Source: a virus (lineage: Duplodnaviria; Caudoviricetes). From it: a DNA stretch of 60,067 bases. Every line of letters begins with the position of its first letter. Within the stretch, counting starts at the first letter, position 1. The translations under genes and the position numbers were made by a program. Location of the stretch: positions 1 through 60,067 of the IMG/VR virus record IMGVR_UViG_3300021964_000066; one strand, 5' to 3'. The notes beneath the pieces were generated by a model. It saw only the letters and a program-made list of their open reading frames with translations, was not told where the DNA came from and did no database searches. This document shows positions 1-10,700 of this stretch, piece after piece.

Positions 1-1
1 C

Positions 2-205
2 AGCGAGGCTGATGCCGCAGCATTCTACTGCCCATACATTCCATTGATGAGCAGTGGTGTTGTTCTAGACCCAGCAACATTCGAACCAGTCGTAGGCTTT
101 ATGACTCGTTATGGATATGTTGAGTTGACAAACACAGCATCTTCTCTTGGTAACGCAGGCGATTACTTGAGCGAGATTGCTGTAAGCAACCTAAGCTTCC
201 AGTAA
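2..205 (+). CDS. gp23: Major capsid protein, C-terminal end (5' truncated by window edge)
   Basis: My translation from nt 2: SEADAAAFYCPYIPLMSSGVVLDPATFEPVVGFMTRYGYVEL...NLSFQ*. FYCPYIPL and DP.TF.P..GF.TRYG are hallmark C-terminal motifs of T4 gp23-like capsid proteins. Not in the ORF track. Confidence 0.93.
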   Translation, partial: SEADAAAFYCPYIPLMSSGVVLDPATFEPVVGFMTRYGYVELTNTASSLGNAGDYLSEIAVSNLSFQ

Positions 206-235
206 GCATAAAAATTCTCATAGGGATGGGAAGCG

Positions 236-260
236 AAAAAGGACCGAAAGGTCCTTTTTT
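236..260. terminator. Bidirectional intrinsic terminator
   Basis: AAAAAGGACC-GAAA-GGTCCTTTTTT between convergent gp23 and PfkB genes. Confidence 0.9.
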
Positions 261-265
261 GTTGG

Positions 266-1084
266 CTATGCAATTGGTAATTGTTGACAGTGAAGTGCTG
301 CGGTGTGACAACTTGTCTTTACAGCCTCTTCAACAGATAAACCATTACAAATTGATACTGCAAACTGTGCTCTAAACACATCACCCGCGCCTAACGTATT
401 AAGGGCCTGTATTGTTTCTGGCTGGCAAGTTTTTACTTCGCCTTGTTCCAGCCAACAAATTTCATCCTCACTGTTAGTATATCCTACTAAACCACCAAAC
501 TGTCGTTGCAAATCGTAGATGCTAAGATTACATAAAGCATAAGTTTCATAACTTAACCAAACGTAGTCTGCCTTAGGATACGATTCTAATGTTTCAATTG
601 GTGCGTCAATGTCCAGCATAGTAGGAATATTATTCAAACGTGCTGCTGAAAATATTTCATTGACCATGGGCATTCTGTGATTGTCTGCGGTAATTAAATC
701 AAAGTTATAGTCTGTGGGTAAACTAATTTTGCGTTTTATTTCTTCACTTTGATGATAGATAACTGTGCGCTCACCTTTGTCGTTTACAATTATGATACTA
801 CTTGGTGTTGCTAGGTCTTCTTTGTATTTTACATAATCGTGATTAATGCCATATTCATTTAGTAATTCAACTATAATTTTTGAATATGGATGTTGTTGGT
901 TGCCAAGCACCGTACAAAGTTCAACTTCTGCACCTAACTCAGTTAAAGCACGACCAACATTGGCAGCGTTACCACCGAGAATAATCTCTGCATGTTCACA
1001 GCCTACTTTGTTGTTTATGCTAGGTATGGTATTGCTGTAGTAAACTAAATCAGCACAGACGTGACCAACACTTAATATTTTCAT
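266..1084 (-). CDS. PfkB/ribokinase-family carbohydrate kinase
   Basis: GGNAANV N-terminal motif, GERT motif and C-terminal NTLGAGDVF PfkB signature. Confidence 0.88.
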   Translation of the reverse strand: MKILSVGHVCADLVYYSNTIPSINNKVGCEHAEIILGGNAANVGRALTELGAEVELCTVLGNQQHPYSKIIVELLNEYGINHDYVKYKEDLATPSSIIIVNDKGERTVIYHQSEEIKRKISLPTDYNFDLITADNHRMPMVNEIFSAARLNNIPTMLDIDAPIETLESYPKADYVWLSYETYALCNLSIYDLQRQFGGLVGYTNSEDEICWLEQGEVKTCQPETIQALNTLGAGDVFRAQFAVSICNGLSVEEAVKTSCHTAALHCQQLPIA

Positions 1085-1132
1085 ATCTTATTTAATAATA
1101 CTGACTATAGCCCAAATAGTCAATGTTTACGG

Positions 1133-1138
1133 TAAATA
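1133..1138 (+). promoter_or_regulatory. T4-like late promoter core TAAATA
   Basis: TAAATA recurs just upstream of structural genes (also 1697, 12972, 14387, 19874, 22106, 26116, 29359, 29894, 34249, 36383, 45695; minus strand 1089, 18584, 22046). It resembles the T4 gp55 consensus TATAAATA. Confidence 0.75.
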
Positions 1139-1207
1139 CAGTTGTTCATATGAACTCTCGGAGCGCCACTCCGGGCGGCCTAGAACGCTAAATTAAGGAG
1201 AAATAAA

Positions 1208-1618
1208 ATGGCAAAATTTAAGACAGCAAAAAGTGCAACAGTTGATATTGGTTATCCAGTAGGAACAGCTCAAGTTGGCGGTAATACCAGCATTACAGGC
1301 AATCAAATTAGTCCTGAGGTTAAGGTAGGCGGTAACAGTGCCGCTACAGGATACATTGTACGTAAAAAAGGTGCTACTAAGTTTTTAGTTAATGACCTAG
1401 CAGGAAACGAAGGTGTATGCTCTTTGGCAAACACTGACAGTGGTAACCTAACTGCTAACACAATGAGCATTGAATGTACATATGCTAACGCTGCTACATT
1501 CTACGCCAGCAGAATTACTAACAAGTTTGTTTGGAATCAAACAGATGACAAATTCTTGGTTGGTACAAGTGCAGACAGCGGAACAACACCTGCAACAGTT
1601 GCAGTTCCAGTTGCTTAA
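1208..1618 (+). CDS. Putative virion structural protein (136 aa)
   Basis: Strong SD AAGGAG, late promoter upstream, terminator downstream, beta-rich Ala/Thr/Gly composition. Confidence 0.6.
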   Translation: MAKFKTAKSATVDIGYPVGTAQVGGNTSITGNQISPEVKVGGNSAATGYIVRKKGATKFLVNDLAGNEGVCSLANTDSGNLTANTMSIECTYANAATFYASRITNKFVWNQTDDKFLVGTSADSGTTPATVAVPVA

Positions 1619-1642
1619 TGATCATTGTATTACAATGATAGG

Positions 1643-1669
1643 AATAGGCTCGCAAGGGCCTATTTTTTT
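1643..1669 (+). terminator. Intrinsic terminator
   Basis: AATAGGCTC-GCAA-GGGCCTATT followed by T run. Confidence 0.8.
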
Positions 1670-1729
1670 GGCAGAACCTTAATAATCAAAAACAAATAAA
1701 TACTCTATACTAGTAAAACCGGATAAAGA

Positions 1730-4700
1730 ATGGCGCAAGAAATCATTGACTTAGGTGAAGGCCCAGATAGCAACACTGGGGATTCACTTTATACAGCGTT
1801 TACAAAAACCAACAGTAACTTTACAGAGTTATACACAATTATTGGTAGCAACAGTACGACAAATTTAACTGGTAATACTATTACTGCAAATTATTTTTAC
1901 ACTACTGGCAATTTAAGAGTTGGTAATGTCAATGGTTTTGGAAATTTAAGCACTATTGGCAATATTATTGGGGCGGGATATTTTTATCCTAACGGTCAAA
2001 GTGTTTTTAGTAACATTCAAGCAGATCTTAGCAACATAGCGCAAAATGTTCTTCCTGTTACCTCGGCCACATACACATTAGGCAACGTTAACAAACAATG
2101 GCAGCAAGCTTACATTTCTTCTAATATAACATTAAATGGTGCTAATATTGCAATTTCTGATGGCGTACTAACAGTAAACGGTGCAGAAGTAAGTGGCAAT
2201 TATAGTAATAGTAATGTAGCATCCTATTTGCCTACTTATTCAGGCAATTTAGATAGTTTGGCTGGTAATGTAATTACTACTGCTAATGTTACTGCTGCTT
2301 ATTTTATTGGTAATGGTAGTCAACTCGAAGGACTGCCTGCTTCTTATTCAAACGCAAACGTAGCCAGTTATTTGCCAACGTATAGTGGTAACCTTGACAG
2401 TGTCGACGGTATAACTGCAAACAGTATTAGTGCAACAGAATTTATTGGCAACATTATCCCAAGCGCCAACGTTACTTACAATTTGGGAAGTTCAGATTTT
2501 AGATTTAAAGATTTATTCTTAAGTGGAAGTACTATTAACTTAGATGGTGCATCAATTAGTGCCAACAATACCGCAGTGATTATTACAACTGCTGAAGGTG
2601 GTACATTTGTTATTCAAGGATCTGAAGATGCAACAACATATAGAATTCAAAATGGCACTTCTAATGTTGACATTCCTGCTAGTGACGGAAATATTTTAAT
2701 TTCAGTTAACGGTGAATCGATAGCAACTTTTTCTTCCTTAGGTTTAGAAGTTGTTGGAAACATTACACCTGGTAATGTAGATACCGCAGGCAATGTTACA
2801 GCCAGTTATTTCTTTGGTAATGGTAGCCAATTAGACGGACTTACAGAATTAAGTGTAAACTTTGCAAACACTGCGGGTACTGCCGAGTTCGTAACCAATG
2901 CTACACAGGCAAACATTACCAGTGTTGGCACATTGACCAGTCTGACATTAAGTGGTACACTAACTGGCACTACAGTAGAAGCAGCACAAATTGGTAATAG
3001 TGGTGCTACATTAACAGGTACACTAGACACTGCAGCACAGACTAATATTACTTCAGTTGGCACACTGACTGGTTTGACACTAAGTGGTGCACTAAACGGT
3101 ACTACTCTACAAGCCGCTACAATTGGAAATGTAGGTGCTTCGATTATAGGTAATGGAAGCGCATTAACAAGTTTAACTGGGGCAAATGTTACAGGGACAG
3201 TAGCAAATGCAACATACGCGGACAGCGCAGATAGTGCTACAACCGCAACAAGTGCCGACACTGCTGAATTTGTAACTAACGCTACACAGAGTAACATTAC
3301 ATCAGTTGGCACACTAACAAGTCTGACATTAAGCGGCACGCTGACTGGTACAACTGTTGAAGCGGCACAAATAGGTAACAGCGGAGCAACACTAACCGGT
3401 ACACTAGATACTGCTGCTCAGACAAACATCACATCTGTCGGTACACTAACTGGGCTAACATTATCAGGAACATTGACAGGTACTACACTTGAAGCAGCAA
3501 CTATTGGTAATGCAGGTGCAAGTATAATTGGCGATGGAAGTCAATTAACCAGTTTAACTGGAGCAAATGTCACAGGTACTGTTGCAAACGCAACATACGC
3601 AGATAGCGCAGGCAGTGCTACAACCGCAACAACGGCAGATACTGCCGAGTTTGTAACTAATGCTGCTCAAGCAAACATTACCAGTGTTGGCACGTTAACT
3701 TCGTTAACATTATCAGGTACACTGACAGGTACAACTGTTGAAGCAGCACAAATAGGTAACTCAGGAGCCACATTAACTGGCACACTAGATACTGCTGCTC
3801 AAACAAATATTACCTCAGTTGGTACATTAACTGGATTAACATTAAGTGGTACATTAACGGGTACAACCATTAATGCTGCCAGCATTGGTAACGCAGGATC
3901 TACACTAACTGGTACGTTACAAACCGCCGCCCAAACAAATATTACCTCAGTAGGCACATTAACTGGATTAACACTGAGTGGTACACTAACAGGTACTACT
4001 GTCGAAGCAGCACAAATAGGTAATAGCGGTGCTACACTAACAGGTACGCTCGATACCGCGGCACAAACTAATATCACATCTGTTGGTACACTAACTGGAT
4101 TGACACTAAGTGGTGCATTAAACGGTACTTCACTTAATGCTGCAACCATTGGAAATAGCGGGTCGTTACTGACAGGCACCCTTACTACAGCAAGTCAACC
4201 AAACGTTACTTCACTAAGTGACAGCGTTACAATCGGTGAAATCACAATTGGTAGCAATGCTATTACTAGCACACATCATACTATTACATTAGAACCGGCT
4301 GATGCAGGTAGTACAGGTAATGTTGTTATTGAAGGTAATTTAAGAGTTACAGGAAATGTAACTTACATTGACAGTGAAACAATCACTACCAATGACAAAG
4401 ACATAATGATTGCTAACAATACCAGCAACATTGCAGATTTGAATGGTGCTGGTATACTTGTTGGTAATATTAGTGGTGCAGGAATTGTTACTTGGACATA
4501 CAGCACAACACAAGATGCTTGGATTAGTAATGTTGGAATTGCACCAGCAGCTAATGCTACGTTGGATTTTGGTGGTACAAGTAATTATTGGAACAATGCA
4601 TACGCAGCAAATGTTATTTCTGAGAGCCTAACAGGTACATTACAAACTGCTGCTCAAACTAACATCACATCTGTTGGTACACTAACTGGACTTACACTAA

Positions 4701-7700
4701 GTGGTAACTTGGATGGCACAAACATAAATGCAGCCAGTATTGGTAACACTGGCGCAACCATTACAGGTACACTACAAACTGCTGCTCAGACCAATATTAC
4801 AAGTTTAGGGACATTAACTGGTTTAACATTAAGTGGTACACTAACTGGTACCACAGTCGAAGCTTCTACCATTGGTAACACAGGTGCAACACTAACTGGC
4901 ACATTGAGTACCGCAGCACAAACAAACATTACATCAGTTGGTACACTGACTGGTTTAACACTAAGTGGTACACTAACAGGTACAACTGTTGAAGCAGCAC
5001 AAATAGGTAACTCAGGAGCAACACTAACTGGTACATTAGACACCGCTGCTCAAACAAACATAACAAGCGTAGGTACACTAACTGGTTTAACATTAAGTGG
5101 TACACTAAACGGAACAACTATACAAGCCGCCATAATCGGTAACTCAGGTGCCAGCATTATTGGAGATGGCAGTCAGTTAACCAGTTTGACGGGTGCAAAC
5201 GTAACTGGCACTGTAGCTAATGCTACATATGCAGATAATGCAGGCAGTGCTACGACAGCGGTAAGTGCTGACACTGCTGAGTTTGTAACTAACGCCACAC
5301 AGGCAAATATTACCAGCGTAGGCACATTAACCGGCTTAACTTTAAGTGGTAACTTAGATGGCACTAACATCAATGCGGCCAGCATTGGTAACTCAGGTGC
5401 AAGTATTACAGGTACAATACAAACAGCAGCACAAACAAATATTACTTCGGTTGGAACACTAACTGGACTTACACTGTCAGGAACACTAACTGGCACAACA
5501 GTAGAAGCAGCACAAATTGGTAATAGTGGTGCAACCCTAACTGGTACATTAGATACTGCTGCACAAACTAATATTACAAGTGTTGGTACATTAACCGGAC
5601 TAACTTTATCGGGTACACTAACCGGCACAACTGTTAACGCTGCTCAAATCGGAAATATTGATGCTGCAATAACAGCTGCAACAGTAAGTGCTGCCACAAT
5701 TGGTAATACAGGAACTACACTCACAGGTACATTAAGCACTGCGGCTCAGACAAACATTACATCAGTTGGTACTTTGGTAAGTTTAGGAGTTACTGGCAAC
5801 GTAGACGCTGGAAATCTTATTACAACTGGAACGGTAGAAGCAACTGGCAATATTTCTACTGACAACTACTTGTTAGGAAATGGTAGGTTTATTCAAGGAA
5901 TTACCGTCGCAGCTGGTAGTGCAATTGAAAATGGTACCAGTAATGTAGTTGTTGCTGCAAGTGGTAACATTACTGCTGCCGTTGCTGGCGTGACAGATGT
6001 TGTAACAATTGCTACCGACGGTGTATACACCGGCAATGTGTTTGTTGACAACACCATTACTGCAGCAACAGTAAATGCAGCTCAGATTGGTAATAGCGGT
6101 GCTACCTTAACAGGAACACTTGACACTGCTGCACAGACTAATATCACCTCAGTAGGTACATTAACTGGCTTAACTTTATCAGGTGCATTAAATGGTACTA
6201 CACTACAGGCAGCAACTATTGGTAATTCTGGCGCATCATTTATTGGTAATGGTAGCCAATTAACAAGCCTAACCGGTGCAAATGTTACAGGTACTGTAGC
6301 AAATTCTACATATGCAGATAATGCAGGTAGTGCTACAACAGCAATAACAGCAGATACCGCTGAGTTTGTAACTAACTCCACACAGAGCAACATTACTGCA
6401 GTTGGTACATTAACCAGCTTAACTCTGTCAGGTACATTAACAGGTACAACTATAGAAGCAGCACAGATTGGTAACAGCGGTGCTACACTGACAGGTACGC
6501 TGGATACCGCTGCCCAAACTAACATTACATCTGTTGGTACACTAACCGGTTTAACTCTTTCAGGAACTCTAAACGGAACAACCGTACAAGCAGCCACAAT
6601 TGGTAATGCTGGTGCAACTTTAATTGGTAGTACATTAGATACTACTGCAAACGCCACAGTAAATGGATTAACAGTTAATACCAGTACTACTATTTCTACA
6701 ACTTTAGATGTAACTGGTAACATTACAGGTGGAAACTTATCGGGAACTTTAATAGCAGGCACTTTGAGCACTGCTGCACAACCTAACATCACTTCACTTG
6801 GAATATTAACCGGACTTACACTGTCAGGCACGTTAACTGGTACTACTATAAACGCTGCCACAATTGGTAATACAGATGCTGCTATTGTTGGTGCTACAGT
6901 AAGTGCTGCAACTATTGGTAACACTGGTGCTGCTATCGTAGGTGCAACCGTTAGTGCAGCCACAATTGGTAACGCTGCTGCCGCGCTCGTCGGTGCAACT
7001 GTTAATACCAGTGCTAATGCAACAGTAAATGGATTAACAGTAAACAATAGTGCCACAATTGGTACTACATTAGGTGTTGCTGGTGTTACAACTATTACAG
7101 ATACTACGGATAGCACTGACACAGTAACAGGTGCACTGGTAGTATCGGGTGGCGTTGGCATTGCCAAACAACTGCGTGTAGGCAATAACGCTGTAATTAG
7201 CGGTAGTGCAACTATTGTAGGGGATTTGAACGTTAGTGGTAACGTAAACTATAGCGGTTCCAATAACTTGGTTATTAGCGACAACGTAATCGAATTACAC
7301 GTTGCCAACGTAGCCAACGTTGCTGAACCCTGGACATTTGATGATGGTAAAGACATTGGTCTGCGTTTCCACTACTATGAAGGTGCAGATAAGAGTGCTG
7401 CGTTTGTTTTCAGTCACGATGAACGTAATTTTGAATTTTACGATGATGGTGCACTGGGTGCAAACGTATTTACAGGCAACAGTTATGGCGGTTTAAAAGC
7501 AGGACAAGCTGTATTTGTTAACACTACACCGACAACAGGAAATGCAACTGGTGCACTGCAAGTTTATGGCGGCGCAAGTGTCAGCGGTAACCTATATGTG
7601 GTTGGCCAGTTTACTGTAGAAAATACTGTAACTTTTTCTAATACAATTTCAGGTACTACATTTGAAGCAGCACAAATTGGTAATACAGGTACAATATTAA

Positions 7701-10700
7701 CTGGAACAATAAGCACTGCTAGCCAGCCTAATATTACTAGCTTAGGAACACTAACTGGACTTACATTATCAGGTACACTAACAGGTACTACTCTTGAAGC
7801 AGCACAGATTGGAAATGCAGGAGCAACTATCACTGGTGCTACAGTTGAAGCTGCTACAATTGGTAATTCAGGTACAACACTGACAGGTACACTAAGCACT
7901 GCAAGTCAACCTAATGTTACTTCACTGGGTACACTGACAGGACTTACATTGTCAGGTACATTGACAGGAACAACTGTCGAAGCCAGTCAAATAGGTAATG
8001 TTGGTACTACCTTTACAGGTGCCAGTGTAAGTGCAGCCACAATTGGTAACTCAGGTGCAACCTTAACAGGAACTTTAAGTACTGCTAGTCAGCCAAATGT
8101 AACAAGTCTCGGAACACTAACCGGATTAACCCTAAGTGGCACACTAACAGGAACTACGTTAGAAGCAGCGCAGATTGGTAATAGCGGTGCTACATTAACA
8201 GGTACACTAGACACCGCAGCACAAACAAACATAACATCGGTTGGCACACTAACCGGATTGACATTAAGCGGTACACTAACAGGTACAACTGTTGAAGCAG
8301 CACAAATAGGTAACTCAGGAGCAACACTAACTGGTACACTTGACACTGCTGCTCAAACTAATATTACAAGTCTTGGTACACTGACTGGGCTAACACTAAG
8401 TGGCACATTAACGGGTACTACAGTTGAAGCCGCACAGATTGGTAATTCAGGAGCCACGTTAACTGGTACGCTTGACACTGCTTCACAAACAAATATTACT
8501 TCAGTAGGCACATTAACTGGGCTAACACTGAGTGGTACACTAACAGGCACAACGGTAGAAGCAGCACAGATTGGTAACAGCGGAGCAACTTTAACAGGTA
8601 CTTTAGATACTGCAGCTCAACCAAACATAACCAGTGTTGGAACTCTTGACAGTTTGACTGTTACAGGTAATGTTGCTGGCGGCAACTTAACAACTGCAGG
8701 AGACGTAACAACCGTTACAGTAACAGCATCGGGTAACATATCAGGTGCTAACCTTACTACTGCAGGCATAGTTGATGCAACTGGAAATGTTAGTTCTGGC
8801 AACTACTTACTTGGAAATGGTAGATTTATTCAAGGTATCACTGTTGAAGCAGGATCCTCTATTGCAAGTGGAACAAGCAACGTTGTTGTTGCCGAAGATG
8901 GCAATGTAACATTTGGAATCGGTGGAACCAACGATGTTGCTACTGTTACAACTACAGGAATTGAAACAGGAACATTATCACTTACTGGTACACTAACAGG
9001 CACAACAGTAGAAGCAGCACAGATAGGTAATAGTGGAGCAACTTTAACAGGCACGTTAGATACTGCAGCTCAGACAAATATCACATCAGTCGGTACATTA
9101 ACTGGACTAACACTAAGTGGTACACTAACAGGTACAACTGTAAATGCGGCTACTATTGGTAACTCAGGCGCTACAATTATTGGTAATGGAAGTCAGTTAA
9201 CCAGTTTAACAGGAGCAAACGTTACAGGTACAGTAGCCAATGCAACTTATGCTGATAGTGCAGGTAGCGCAGGAACTGCAACAAGCGCAGACACTGCTGA
9301 ATTTGTAACTAACGCTACACAGAGTAACATTACATCAGTTGGCACATTAACCAGTTTAACCGTTACAGGTAATGTCAGTGCAGGTAATGTTAGTGCTACT
9401 GGACTAGCAGGTACATTAAGTACTGCTGCACAAACTAATATTACTTCACTAGGCACATTAACTGGGTTGACACTTAGCGGCACATTGACAGGTACCACAA
9501 TAAACGCAGCCGCAATCGGCAATTCGGGTGCAACTCTAACTGGTACACTGCAGACAGCAGCACAAACAAATATAACTAGTGTTGGTACACTAACTGGATT
9601 AACACTTAGCGGCACATTGACAGGTACCACAATAAACGCAGCCGCAATCGGCAATTCGGGTGCAACTCTAACTGGTACACTGCAGACAGCAGCACAAACA
9701 AATATTACTTCGCTGGGTACACTCACTGGATTGACTCTGTCAGGCACGTTAAATGGAACTACGGTACAAGCAGCGACTATCGGAAATGCAGGCGCTGCGT
9801 TTATTGGTAATGGAAGTCAGTTAACCAGCTTAACAGGTGCAAACGTAACAGGCACAGTGGCTAATGCCACTTATGCTGATAGTGCAGGTAGTGCAGCCAG
9901 TGCTACTTCTGCTGACTCGGCAACTCTTGCTGAATATGTAACACAATCTGCACAAGCAAACATTACTAGTGTAGGTTCCAGTCTTACTACAGCCGAAATT
10001 ACAATTGGTAGTAATGCAATTACAAGTACTCACCATACAATTACTATTGAGCCTGCAGATGCTGGAAGTACAGGCAACGTGGTAATTGAAGGTAATCTGC
10101 GTGTTACTGGTAATGTAACTTATATAGACAGCGAAACAATTACAACCAATGACAAAGACATCATGGTTGCTAACAACCAAACTACAAGTTTGGGTATTGA
10201 TGGCGCTGGTATAATTGCAGGTAATGTCAGCAACGTAGGCATTGCTACATTCACTTACGACCACAGTACAACTAGTTGGCAACCCAACGTAGGAATCACA
10301 CCTGCTGCAAATGCTTCATTAGACCTTGGTGGTACCAGCAACTACTGGAATAATGGATATTTTGCTGCTATTACTGCACCGAGCATTACTGGTACACTAC
10401 AGACTGCTGCTCAAACTAATATTACCTCAGTAGGCACATTAACTGGATTGACCTTAAGTGGTACACTAACTGGTACAACCATAAATGCTGCTGCAATTGG
10501 TAACTCGGGTGCAACACTTACAGGTACGATACAGACTGCTGCTCAAACTAATATTACCTCAGTAGGCACATTAACTGGATTAACACTGAGTGGTACACTA
10601 ACTGGTACAACTATAAATGCTGCTGCAATTGGTAACTCAGGTGCAACACTTACAGGTACAATACAAACAGCAGCACAAACAAATATTACCTCAGTTGGAA

